A stretch of 64,000 nt of DNA from Nemertoderma westbladi (Eukaryota; Animalia; Xenacoelomorpha). The stretch covers positions 1 through 64,000 of the forward strand of contig JAUCBJ010000852.1 in the NCBI GenBank assembly GCA_032718475.1, in the 5' to 3' direction. This document shows, piece by piece, positions 1-12,868 of this stretch (its first letter is position 1; each line of letters opens with the position of its first letter). Made by a program: the position numbers and the translations under genes. The notes below the pieces were generated by a model. It was not told the DNA's origin. It did no database searches and was given only the letters and a program-made list of their open reading frames with translations.

Positions 1-623
1 TCTCATAACCTGATTTTGTGATACAGTCGCACAATTTTAATTTGTATCTCATAACTGGGCCTCGTGCTGCGCGAAGGCCCCACGAACGTGTATCCTAGTG
101 GACCATCGAATCCTTTGACAATCAGTGAATAACTACTACCCACAGCCGCTCCACTCCCCACTCCCATCTCTCTCTCTCTCTCACAAACTCAGCTGTCCTA
201 CCAAACTAATGTGTTCTATACTATCTCCCTATAGAACCTGTTGTATTACATCTAACCAATATTAGTTAACTTATCTACCTTCATGAAGGGCCTATGATTT
301 CGATGGTTACACCAAATAATTCCACTCTGCTACTAATGACTCACCAGCAGATATCTTTTCCAGCGGCCTTCATTGATTGGCTAAATTCTTGGCTATCATT
401 TGGTTACATGTTCTGCTGTGCCGCCTATTAGCAAACCAACAACAATATCCTGTACATTATTACTGTTCTGGGTTTGTGTATTGCATTATTTTATATATAT
501 CTAATCTGCTAATGGCCTCAATGTGTAGATCAATGCGCGATCGGACCACTTTTCTTCATATTTGTTTAGGCCTAAGGCAGCAACCCAGGTAGCATACTGT
601 AACCGCATTTATATTTATTTATA

Positions 624-3600
624 TTAATTAATTGCTTTGATTTTAGGTGTAAGCGTAAGTACTTTGTAAACATAGGCCTGTCTACCTGTCACATAGGCCT
701 GTCTTTTTATATGCCTGTATAGTAAAATTCTGAGAATATATGATCGGAGAATATATGATGAGAATATAGGCTTCAGTTTGTTGTAAAATAGGTCGTATAT
801 CTGTAGCTTAGATAGATCTAGTATAGTGCAACCGATGAACACGCCCTGATTTAGGCAAACAGCCTCTTTAGTGAAAGTATGACCACTCAAGTTGGGGGTA
901 AAGACAACAAACGATTCGTGGTTGGGCTTGGCTAAGAGCAAATCGCATTGTTCGTCGCTATTGCATAACCTGAAAGAAACGCAGTCTCTAACCTTTTGGA
1001 GGCATTTCCCATACAAGGCATTGTTCATCAACTTATAAAATAGGACCTCGAATGGGTTATTTGCTGACTGTCTTTTATTTGTATTAAAACTAATGTAGTC
1101 CTTGAAAATATATTTTTGTGAGAAAGAGTAGACCCTGTGTACTTGTGTAAGTTTAAGACCGAGCTTCAAATAGAGCTGAAGTAGCTTAATATGGATACCG
1201 TATTCAACCTTATTAAACTGATGTAGTAGTAGCTTAGTACAGGTATCGTTGTATGGTCTACAGGTAGCCGTATTGGTGAGATTGTAATGCTCCCAAAGAT
1301 CTTCCATGTATTCGCTAAGACAGGATTTAGGGACTGACATCTTCTCCGCTCCTAGAGGCAGATCGGCGGTCAAATCGTGAATTTCTTTCAGGTAATGTAG
1401 ATCAACTATGCAATAATAACCAGTGTCCCCACTCGCGTCTACTGTAGCTAGGTCTATGGGGGTAGTTACGAGTTAAATATTAGTGTAGGGAAGTTTCTGG
1501 CTCAGGGCACAGCCGTATAGGTTATTCGCATCAATGGGAATTCGATATTTCTCAGGGAGACTGGAGTCGTAGTCGGGTTTATCGGGGATATTTGCGTCTA
1601 CGGAATGTGTATTCAAGAATACTAGACCACCCCTAATATTTGTTTCAAAGTCCGAGTAGATGGAAGCGTCTGATAGTAATTGAATTTCTGATTGCGTGAA
1701 TTTCAGGGCCGCGTCGTAAGTTAATCCCGGGGCAGTGAAGTGCATTACGGGTTCGAGTCCATAATTAGTAAGACAGAGGGATCGGAACTGCTCGAAAGTA
1801 TCAGCCAATAGGGTAACGTCTAGAACCAAATAGCCAATCATATAGTCGAAGATTGTTGCGCAGTTTAATTCATCCCAAGTAGTAAGCGCGTGCTGATAGT
1901 TGTCTGCGCTACATTGTTCCAATTTGAGATCATTATAGAAGCTTTCTATTGGGGGGAGGGTAGTTTCGTGTAGGTTTGAAATATTTTGAATGTAAGAATA
2001 TGGGAATACGCCCTTGTTTTTTATTGTGTTATCGCTAATGTTGGGGTAGAGTTGGGTCATTTGAGCTAGTGTATGGGGTATGGCTGTTGCTAGGTTACTA
2101 GTGTTGCTAGTGAGATAACTACTCAGATTATCTAGGCTGGCAGTCATAAATTGATAGGAATCTAGAAAATTAATGGAGATACTTTCTTTAGCGTTGGCTG
2201 TTGGTGTACTCGGATCGATTGGAAAGCTAACTTTAAGGTGAATATAAGTTTCGGTGTTTTTTGTTATTACAGTCATTTTCCAGTGTGTTCTAGAACTATC
2301 GGTCATTCCTTCTTTTAGTAGTAAATGCATATCGAATTTCCTCAAGTTATGAAATATAATATAAAAATTATTCTGTTTTAGGGAAAGTTTCCTGTTGCAG
2401 CTGACGCAAGAAGCCCCTCGATACTCCCCGCTATAATGATCATGATCGCGGACTTTGGTGCTGAGATTGTCATTGAGGTTTAAATTATGAGAATCGGGGG
2501 TTAAATTACAGTTGCAGACGTAGCATTGTGTAGCGTTATTAAAGTCAGTTTGTTGGCTAGTAGTGAGTTGCATGGGGGCGTGCGTGTTTGTACTAGAAAT
2601 GGACCAATCATATAACTCCCTACAATGACTTTCCATAGCGGTTAGAAAGTCGCACATTACGTGGTTACTGCCATCGTCACGGAAAATTTGAACATCTGTT
2701 TTAGGAGGGTTAATTAATTTCTGATTTGGTACTGTATAAAAGGCTGCCGCGCTAGCTATATGTTTCTGTGGGAGTTTAATATTGTTTGTAGGTTCTAGAA
2801 TAGTTTCAATGTCGGCGTATATACAGAAAGGTGGGGATAGAGTCTTATCGTACCGGTCAAATTTAACCAAGAGATTTTCGGGCATATACTCGAGTTGGTG
2901 TTTACCCGTATAGCAGCGGTGTCGGTTTTCTTGCAATGATTTGACAGTGTAAAAGGCTCTGAGGCAGCGTTCGCAGTGCGTCTTGTTGCCTTTAGAAGTA
3001 GCTTCAGTATTTATTAATCTATCTATGTTAGTAATAGCTACGTAGTGGGCTGGGTTTTTGGTTGTGGCTTCGATAAATAATAAATTTAGTACAGTTTTAC
3101 CGGAACAGTACGCGCTATCTGGCTGACTTAGAATGGAGAGTTCTTCCGTATTACTCCAATAAAGAAGGTTTATACAGTATAAAGGGTTTGCTTTCAGAAA
3201 CTGGGGAATACCAGTTACTCTGTCCACCGGAAACTTAAATTGGAAAAATCAAACATGTTTAGGAAAGGAGTATACGTTGAAATTCTACTAATATTATTTT
3301 GTTTTCTATCAGTTTTCTTATAATTCGCGGCGGCCAATACTGCGTATTTAAAGCATTCCCCCAGCGGGCAGTCTACACTTACGGTACAATGTTTATTTAA
3401 TAATAATTTAGAATTATTGAAGTCTTGACCCTTTAAATAGGGGTTGCGTTGGGAACATGCAATCTCAATAGTTATTCGCTCGATAGTTATTATGCACCAA
3501 CCCGAGCTGAGGCAGAGACACACGCTTAACAGCTGATCGATACGATTGACGGCGCTAGAAAAACCAGTTATTAAAGTCGCTATTATTTAGAATTTGATTA

Positions 3601-4324
3601 TTGTTACCGCTAGATTTAAACCAGTTATTAAAGTCGCTATTATTTAGAATTTGATTATTGTTACCGCTAGATTTAAAACAGAATGATTCAATATGAAAAC
3701 CCTCGCTGGTTTCACGCTCCATTACGATATTGATGGTTAGCCAGACTCTTAAAAAAAGTTCCCAAAGCACTATGTAAATGGCTACTAATGTGTTCTTGAA
3801 TATGCGGAAAATTTTCATTTAAAGTTAGTTCAACGTCGAGTCTTGTTTCGGAGAGGTCATTGTTATAGGTAAACAGTCGTCCGTGTGCGCTTCCATTGGT
3901 GGGGGGGTTGAAAGGGATTGTTTGGGGAAATAGAGTTATAATCTCGCGAAGTTGAAGGTTCATTATTGGAGCTGCTGCCGCCGACTTGTTCTGGAGTAGA
4001 GTTGATGGGGGATGAGTGGGAGGTAGATGGAGTTTTGCGTTTCCGTGAAAAAAGACGAGTGTAGCATTCATGCTCAGTAAAGGACGATAGGGTGAGCGAA
4101 TCCCCGCAGCGGCAATCGGCTGGCTCGTTTACGTAACTAAATCCTGTTCCCCCCTGAGGACATGATACCAGATGGCCAACCAGCGTCTTCTTTGCTGAGG
4201 ACCAAGTCGGGCAACAGTCGCATCTATATTGCGCGAAATGAGTTTTAATATGGGATTTTAGATTATCACTCCGCATCTCTTTGTCGCAGATGGGGCAGCT
4301 GACTTTATTTGTTAATCTTGGCAT
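624..4324 (-). pseudogene. Protein-primed DNA polymerase B of a Polinton/Maverick/adintovirus-like element, fragmented by frameshifts and stops, 3'-truncated
   Basis: Collinear minus-strand ORFs 3863-4324 (C2H2 finger CPIC..HIKTH), 3555-4071, 3215-3523, 1473-3227 (ExoI YADIE, endonuclease-VII-like RDHDHYSGEYRGASCVSCN, FHNLRKFD, FLDSYQFM, KGVFPYSY, motif A DANNLYG), 624-1373 (motif B YKLMNNALYGK). Homology stops at ILLY (~720), just before the expected YxDTDS motif. No TIRs, integrase or capsid genes seen. Confidence 0.9.
3562..3678. repeat. 57-bp tandem duplication inside the pPolB pseudogene
   Basis: aaaccagttattaaagtcgctattatttagaatttgattattgttaccgctagattt occurs twice in tandem; translation KSSGNNNQILNNSDFNNWF x2. 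Confidence 0.9.
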
Positions 4325-4575
4325 CTTGAATCTAGAAATAAAAATTGTTTATTTGTAAAAATATAAAAAATACTGTATACTTGCTAAAAATAAAGTAAAA
4401 CAGTAGATATTAATCGGTTACTAGGCAACAATACTGCGTTTGTATAGTTAGTGTAGTAGTGTTAGTGTACCAGCTGCCAGATAGTGGCGATAACCAAGAC
4501 ACAATAGCGATGGCAGTTATTATTCGTGGAAAGAGGGTCTATAAACAGCAGTCAACAGTCAGTCAGTGCAGTAGT

Positions 4576-4827
4576 GCTAATGTTGGGGTAGAGTTGGGTC
4601 ATTTGAGCTAGTGTATGGGGTATGGCTGTTGCTAGGTTACTATTATTTTTAGTGAGATAACTACTAAGATTATCTAGGCTGGCAGTCATAAATTGATAGG
4701 AATCTAGAAAATTAATGGAGATACTTTCTTTAGCGTTGGCTGTTGGTGTACTCGGATCGATTGGAAAGCTAACTTTAAGGTGAATATAAGTTTCGGTGTT
4801 TTTTGTTATTACAGTAATTTTCCAGTG
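4576..4827. repeat. ~250-bp direct copy of internal pPolB segment 2034-2285
   Basis: gctaatgttggggtagagttgggtc...ttttccagtg matches 2034-2285 with a few substitutions; sits at the junction with the BEL/Pao fragment. Confidence 0.9.
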
Positions 4828-4895
4828 ATATTCCCTATAGACTTGATCATAATCCGAGGAATTTATATACCGATAACTCGATATTAAATAACACG

Positions 4896-7552
4896 ATGGC
4901 CCAAGAAAGTTTTACGCGTCAAATGGCTAGAACCGAAGCCCGTCAAGTGGTAAAGGTGGGAGAGATAGTCATGTTCAATGGAGATGAGATGAAATGGTTA
5001 CCTTTTAAGGAATATTACAAAGATAACATACAGAACTCTGTACTATCTAATGGAGAGAAACTTAGATTATTCCTCATCGAGTGCTTGGAAGGATCTCCCA
5101 AGTTAATGGCGTTAAAGTTTATTGGACATCCAGAAGGATTAAGACAAGTTTGGGATACACTAAACATCAGGTATGGTAATAGGACTAACATAGCTAGGTA
5201 TTTATATGCGAAATTAATGGCGCCCCGAAAGTTTCTTAGCAGCGGGATTATAGAGTTTTTCCGACGAGATTCAGGAGATCTGTAGACAACTAGATTGGTT
5301 AGGTAAGTCTCATGAATACCAGAATTCTATGGTTGTAGGAGCCTTAGCATCTAATTTGCCCAAGGGCGGAGTAGGTACACACACGCTGGGACAAGACAGT
5401 GTTATATATGATGGAACAACAACGAAGAGATCCTACCATGGCTGATCTCATGTCATTCTTAGATGGAGAGGTAAAATTACAGCTCCTAAAGCAGTCCAGA
5501 GAGAAGACACCGGAAAATAAGGTAAGTGAGAAACCCGTTTCTAGGAGAAAGGTAATACCAGTGTGTTATACAGACGACGGCGAAAGCCAGGCTTCTCAAG
5601 AGGAAGACAGCGGGAAAGACACTGCAAGATCTTACTATGACAACACAGCGCCTAAGGACGTAAGTAAATTCAAGTCTCGAACCAATGACAGGAGAGAACA
5701 GGTAAGAAAAACTCCTCCTACGTCTCCTAAGAGAATTCATGTAGGAAAGCCCGAAGAAAGAACGAGTGTGCACAACGTTACTCAAAGTAAGGTAAGTAAC
5801 ATCAAACCAAAATGTGTGCTGTGCGACGGGCCCCACCGTTTAAGTGTGTGTGATGAATTCCTAAGGAAATCATTAAAGGATAGACGGGAAGTCATGTGGG
5901 ATAAGTGGTTGTGTTATAATTGCCTCAGACAAGGACACCAACGGCGAACCTGTTACTCCGACGCAAGGTATGCGAAGTGCGACGCAAAACATCATCTCTT
6001 GTTGCACACTGAATTCGAACGAAACAGCCCGAGTCAGGTAAGTGAGTCCAAACTACATGTCCAATTCAGTGATGTGAACGACACTGACCAAAGTTCTGAG
6101 ATGGAAGGATTCTATACGGACGAATTCTCCGACGAAAACGAATCCTGTTACCTGATAAATACCGCAGTGTATCGAGCACTTACGTATGAAAAGGACACTG
6201 ACAGCGAGCTCCCCCTAACTACTTCTGACCGACAACCATCTTGGAAAGCACCAACTTCCAATGTAGGAATCCGAGAATTTCCTGTAGTACAGTTAAGGGT
6301 CCACGGACCTAAAAGGAGTTATATAGTGAACGCCCTCCTTGACTCCGGTAGCACAGGAACATTCATCGACAAAGAACTAGCCGAAGACATATTTGCTGGA
6401 CAACCCAAGTTCCAAACTAAGTTAAACATGTCAGGAATTATGCAGGTTTGGAAATCTACAGTAATAGCGGATTATTATGTAGGTGCGTTGTCCACCCCAC
6501 AGGATGAACTAGGAGAACATAGTATAAGGTCAGTAAAAATGGTGGCGATAAAGAACTTTGCTACCAGACAAGTAGAACCTTATAACTGGGATGAGGACGA
6601 TTCCACCCAGCAGCTTAATATACCTAGATTCAACACAGATTACCCTGGAGTGCAAATACTCATCGGCCAAAATGCGCATGAAGCGCTTGAGACATTGGAG
6701 AAACGGCCTGCTCAACCGCAACCATTACAAGTCTATGCGGGAAGAACTAGAGTAGGTTGGTACTTTACTGGCCCTTCTCGTAGAACTCTTATGGAAAGAT
6801 TACCAAAAGAACAGGTATATCAATTAAGTGAACGGGAAGTGGAGAGCATTGAAGTTGACGACCCAACTGAGGGAACACCATACTCCTCAGATAATGACGA
6901 TATTAACTCCAATGTAGATCAATGGAGACATTGCCCCGAGACGATTAATCTAGCCGACATCGCTTCCAGAGTAGCAACTCATCAAGAACTGACAGATACT
7001 CCAGACTGGTTAGGTAGACCCGACTTCCTAAGTAAAGAAGATGAATGGCCCCCCCATCTTACCACGGCTGAGATTAGACAAGCCAAGGGAGCGGAGAAAG
7101 TCAAACCTAAATCCTGGACGAGTAAATCAAGGTTATTTAAACCCGTGATAGATCTGTCTGTACTACACATAGCCAGGGATGACGCTGTGGATCTAAGCTT
7201 CCCCACCGCGAACCGATCTGTTGTGGAGATCAGAGAGAGAGACTGGAGATCTGGAACACCAGACGTCTCGCCGGGACTCTCACCTCTCCTGCCGGGAGCG
7301 ATGGACCACTATAGATCCTGGAATCGGCTTTGTAAGGCCGTCGTGTATTTGAAGCGATGTTTCTATCGTCACTATTCCAGGACGAAGAGGAAACCGGGAA
7401 TTGTCTTCGAGACACAGCAGCTCAATCGCCCAGTTGGTCGTTTATGTTTACTGGAAAGAGACAGAGAACTCTCCGGAAACTATGGAAGGCAAGATACTCT
7501 TCCCACGACCACCTCCCTAATCCAACAAACATCTAGGGACTCCCCAACTTAA
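4896..7552 (+). mobile_element. BEL/Pao LTR retrotransposon fragment: gag and aspartic protease, internally deleted (RT and most of RNase H missing)
   Basis: DUF1759-like FNGDEMKWLPFKEYY..LSNGEKL..L..RYGN; three BEL zinc knuckles (CVLCDGPHRLSVC, CYNCLRQGHQRRTC, C..KHHLLLH); protease ALLDSGSTGTFI; then a jump to the RNase H end motif QWRHCPETINLADIASR..WLGRPDFL. No LTRs recognised. Confidence 0.88.
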
Positions 7553-7912
7553 CAATGGCTGGAGTGGGTGTGTGACTATATTTTATATTTGTTTTTATTA
7601 TTTTATATTTATGTAAGTATTATTGTGTAATTTTATTATAATCGTTTTCTTAAATTTTATTTAGTAGAATGTTATTTTAGCGATTATTTAGTAGATTAGT
7701 GCAATATATATTCGCGTTTATTACTTAATTACTTATATATTATATATTTAGTGCGATGGCGAGAAATAATTCTTTTTCGTTGTCGTGGTGTAGCTACATG
7801 TTGGCGAAAACACAGCGGCGACGGTACATCGGCGCTGAGAATCTCGCACTGTCCGGGGGCAGAGAGGGGTAGGCAGCGACGCCCGCTCGCCTAAATATAA
7901 ACTCATTATAAT

Positions 7913-9513
7913 ATGGATAAACTTATATAGCAGATATGATTGAGTTGATAGAAGATGATCTTGGTATCAGGGAGCGATATACTCTACCTTTACAAGCGTT
8001 TGTTGATAACTTGATACGCGGCGACGCTGGTCCAACTACTACGGAGGACGATGGTCGTTATATCGAACCGCCAATGTCCTGGGAGCAACTTGCGCATGGG
8101 TTGGACTGTAGAAAATTCACCGCTCGCTGTGCGCGTCGTAAATGGTACGTATATGGACTTCTTAACTACTGGTCATCCTATCGACCTACACGATACGAAC
8201 GATATAGACACCAAAAGGGAAATGGTTTTATTTAAATATCATACCCAGCGGAAGCGGAACGATAAACTGAGACTCGAACACGAAAATTCTATTCGAAACC
8301 GACTCGAAAGTGAAGATGTTGAAGAGCCGGATAAACGCAGCGACTTCACCAAATATCTGTAATTCTTGAGAGAAACATATCTCGATATTACCAGTCAACA
8401 GAATCTAGAAACTCGATATCCTCAAGGTATACATCATGACTGCATGGTAGAACTCAAACGGCTCTATTCCACTATGATGTATCTTACCGCCGATCAACCG
8501 CTACCTGTTGTACCGGATAGCTTCGAACAGATGGAGGAATATTGTAAGCTGGAGAAAGATCACTCGCGTTTCCCCTACAAGACGTGCGTCTTTGGTATTA
8601 TTGCGATGAATGCCCTAGACCCAACCAACAAACGGAAAGACCTAAACATCCGCGGAGACGTTGCACTAAACACGGTTTTACTCGCTATACTTGCGGGAGT
8701 TTCGAGCGAAATTTGTTTGACGTATCACCTACGCTCGTTCGACTCAGACGATCCTTAAATAAACCAATGATCAGAGTTTCGGAATACTAGATCAGACCTC
8801 CTGATTCCCTAGTGAGACCTCAGACTCTTGATCCTATTAGTATGACGGATCCTCCTGAGCTGTACTCACTGTTCAAAGATCTAGTGTTACCTGAACAATT
8901 AGTTGGTGGCACCCCGGTTGTGGGCTTCCTAGATATTAGCCCATCCTACCTAGCTGGATTGGGACGCGGACATTTAATATCGCCGTTTAACCCTTACCAT
9001 CGTCCCGGTTTAACACCGATACAACCTGTCACCAAAGTGGCGGAGAGCGTTGTACCAAATGAGTTAGACGCTATTCTTCAAAAGATCAGAAAAGGAACTT
9101 ACGCTTGTTCAGATAAACGTAAATTGCACTAGCAAGTCCAAGCAGTAATCAAAGTAACTTTATCTCAGTTCGATCGGGAAATCCAGAATCTCTAAGAAGT
9201 TATCGAACTTGGACGACCCTATTCTCCGCGAGAATTTTTGGACAGACACATCCAACGACAAGCGGAGGAAAATCAGCTCGAGGAGAAGCATATCGAAATG
9301 GACGAGACACCGACCGTAACCCTAAACCTTCTGACGCAATTGTATTACACCCTTTGCCCAGGAGTTATAGCCCTCCTAGTAAAGTGGCTCGCCCCAAAGA
9401 GAAAAGGACTCTCGCTAGCCTCAAAAAACTGCGTAAACGCCGTCCGCGCAAGAAAGACTGACTGTTTAGAGTATTTTTATATTTTAGAAACTGTGATTTT
9501 TTATATTTTATAG
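7913..9513 (+). pseudogene. Unidentified decayed long ORF (~500 codons in collinear pieces)
   Basis: ORFs 7936-8235, 8051-8362, 8366-8758, 8812-9132, 9238-9513 abut or overlap on one strand, separated by single stops or frameshifts; coding-like GC content between AT-rich flanks; TATA-like taaatataaa at ~7891. No family recognised. Confidence 0.5.
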
Positions 9514-10749
9514 AATTAAATCCCATTTTCTGGGAGCGGTGTAAAAGCTTTTGCGAGATGTAACTGGCCCTTTTTCTCCGCAATCCAGTTTTCCCTCAAT
9601 GCGCTCAAATACTCTAAAACTGCCTTGCTTGAGTGATGCATTCTGCTGGCTGATTGGCTGATTTGCTGTACGGGTATGGCCTCTTTGTTCTGTTCGATTA
9701 ACCAATCAGAACAATGATCGACCAATCAGAGCGATTTAGCCTTGTGTGGGCTATGGGCTGCAAAAACCCGAATAGTTCGGCATTTAGACATTCGTGGAAC
9801 CTACAGAATCTGGAGTTCTGCCAATGAGAGCTTTTTCTCTTTGTGTTGAAAGCTACCTACAACAGCCCACAGGTTTCAGTGTGTTGTTTTTCCTGATGCC
9901 ACGAACATCGGCTATGGAGTTATTCTATGTTTCAGACGTTAGCAAAACATTAGAACGGCTTTGATTACCAGAACGTATAACCGTTATCAAGTCAAGTCAA
10001 GTCAATCCTGCCACATCCTGCCTGTCAACTGCATTATATACACACCGCATTATTTTACTGCTATTTACTGTCAGTGTTTATTAATTGTATCTGTTGATGG
10101 AATATCGTGATATTTGGATAATATCGATAAATAATCACAAACCCCCATCTTTTGATATACTGAAGGTAAGAGACAGGTTACATATAGTAATTGCGACTCA
10201 TATGATATTGGTTTTGAAGTGAATCTAATGCTATTTCATAGGCACTACATGGGTCAATTGCTGTTCTCTTTATATGTGACTAAAATTTGTGAAGGTCGGC
10301 AGATCAGTGTGCAGTATTGTGCGGTACCGGTAGTGTGCATGACTGTGACAGATAACGAAGCATCTCCTAAAGAATGCGCCTTATACGTGAATCATTAGCC
10401 ATCCCGTTGTGTTTAGTATAAGTCATAACTCTGTTTACATATTTAGAGCGCCACGTCCTAAAGGAACTGTTAATATTTCCCGAAAGTGAATAATATTTGT
10501 CAGAGATTATATATTAACGATCAATTGAATATTACAGTAGGCTTACACCGCAATAAGGTCAAAGCTTCCGAATCCAGTCTCCCGGGTATATCCAGCGGGT
10601 GAATGGTCGCGCATAGGCTGGCTTCGGCTAATGTAGTGTTTATTTGTATCAAATACTTGTCATAGGCTAAAGTCGATTTACAAACTAAAAGACACCTAAA
10701 TTAGGCGGGTTAAACTGCCTAAGGTCTAAAAGCGCGAACAGATTGTAAT

Positions 10750-12868
10750 CAAGAAGCATCACAACCTTCTTCTAAGAAAGCAAAGACAACGATTAATTGG
10801 AGATCAGGGTCTCTTGAAAGGTCTGAAGAAGACAAGATGTTCAAAGGTGATTCTAAATTAGGAGATGAGTATTTGGTTCTTGATACTCCCACAAAACTCT
10901 TCCTTAAGTTCTTCCCTCCAGATCTCATTGAACATATTACAGAGCAGAGCAACTTGTTTTCTGTACAGAAGAGTTGTTCTAACTCGAGCGGCAAACAAAC
11001 AAAACCGTTAAATGTGAAAGTGGAAGAAATGGAGCAGTTCATTGGAACTTGTATTATAATGTCGATAATCTGTGTTCCAAATATTAGAAGATATTGGTCA
11101 CCACAGATTCGTATAAACGCAATAGCTGATATAATGACGTTGAAATGTTGGGAAAATATAAAGCAGAACCTACACTTTAATGACAACTCAGTTATTAACT
11201 ATTCAAACTTAGATCCATTATTTAAAATACGCCCAGTGTTGGAGAGAGTTCGTAACGAATTTGCAAAGGTACCTAAAGAGCACAAACTGTTGGTTGATGA
11301 ACAAGTCATCCCTTTTAAGGGGAAGAGTCAATTAAAACGCTACAATCCTCATAAAGGAAGCCTCATAAATGGGGTTATGTTATGTACATGTTATGCGGCA
11401 CTTCTGGATTTGCATATGAACTCGAATTCAGTGCAGGTAAAGTTGAGATGATACCTGAGGAGGACATTGGAGCCAGTGGAAATGTAGTAATTCGTCTCTG
11501 TCGTTCTATTACTCATAACGTCAACCATCAGGTGTACTTTGATAATTGGTTCTCCAGTATAACCTTAGTACAGACCTTAGCTAAGAGAGGAATACTTTGT
11601 CTTGGAACCGTTCGAAGCGATCGTTTAAAGGGCTGTATAATGAAAGATGAAATGAAACTTCGGGGAAGTTATGAGGAGAAAGTATGTGATGTCGATGGCG
11701 AGACTATTAGTTGTGTTTAAGTGGAAGGATAATAAAATTGTTCATTTTATCTCATCTTTTGTTGGTGTAAAACCCGCCACTACTGTTCAACGATGGAGCA
11801 AATCAGAGAGACAGAAGATAGATATATCGAGCCCTGCTGTGGTTGGGGAGTACAACCAGCACATGGGAGGGGTAGACCTTCTGGATTCCCTTATAGGGTT
11901 GTATCGTTGTCGAATTAGATCAAGAAAGTACTACATGAGTCTTTTTTCACCTGATAGATCTAGTTATAGTCAATGCATGGATATTGCACCGCCGAATTTG
12001 CGAACAGAATGGCGAAAATATCAGATATAATCACCTGTGTGATTTCAAGCGAGAAATTGGGATAGTCTTATGTAATGCCGGAAAAGCTACAACCAGTGGT
12101 AGTAAGAGAGGTCGACCAAGTACGACGGTGGAGGAGTCAACGATCATGAAGCGACGCAGAGGTCCAGTAGCTGTTGTACCTGTAAAGGAAATTCGATTGG
12201 ATGGTTTGAATCACTGGCCTGTGTGGGCACGGGATCAGGAAACAACTAAGAGTGTTCGGGGCCGCTGTAAATACCCACATTGCAAGGCTGCAACATTTAT
12301 ATCATGCAACAAGTGCCATGTGAACTTGTGTCTTAATGGTGATCGAAATTGCTTCAAACTTTTTCACACTGAACAATGAGGAGGTATTGGTTTTCCATAC
12401 GAAATTAAATTTATAATTTTGTTAATAATAAATATATTAATAACAATTGAATTAATAATACATTTGATATTGTATATTTAATTCTTCAATAATTATTTTG
12501 TACTTTTGTACTTACTAACAGTAACAACATCAAATTATCTCAATTTACTAAATTGAGTAAATCTCAAAATTTATAATTCTGGATAATTGAAATATATAAT
12601 AATCAATTTAAATGTTCGTTTATTACAAATAATATTATTTTCTGTCAAAAGTTAATATAATATATTACAAATTTCCCGGTTTGTATCATATATGATACAA
12701 AGTTGAAATCGCAGAGTGTCATATTTGATACAAACTGCTAAAGCCTTACCAAAATATGCCAAAAATTTTTTTTAGTGTTTTTCTCCATATTTGAGGTCAT
12801 TTCAACTAGGAAAACACAAAAAAAAAATTTTACAACCGAAATTCATAATTTAAGTTGTAGAGGGTTAA
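10750..12868 (+). mobile_element. piggyBac-like transposon, frameshifted transposase, right end intact
   Basis: ORFs 10837-11451, 11382-11720, 11671-12030, 11984-12379 give DPLFKIRP, VDEQVIPFKG, YFDNWFSS, YNQHMGGVDLLD and a C-terminal Cys-rich domain; ends ...gtagaggg|TTAA at 12864/12865-12868 with subterminal palindromes (gtatcatatatgatac ~12683). Left TIR not found. Confidence 0.92.

Noticed and set aside
4451-4575. agtagt motifs as a Polinton terminus
   Set aside because: Too short, no partner TIR or 6-bp TSD in the window.
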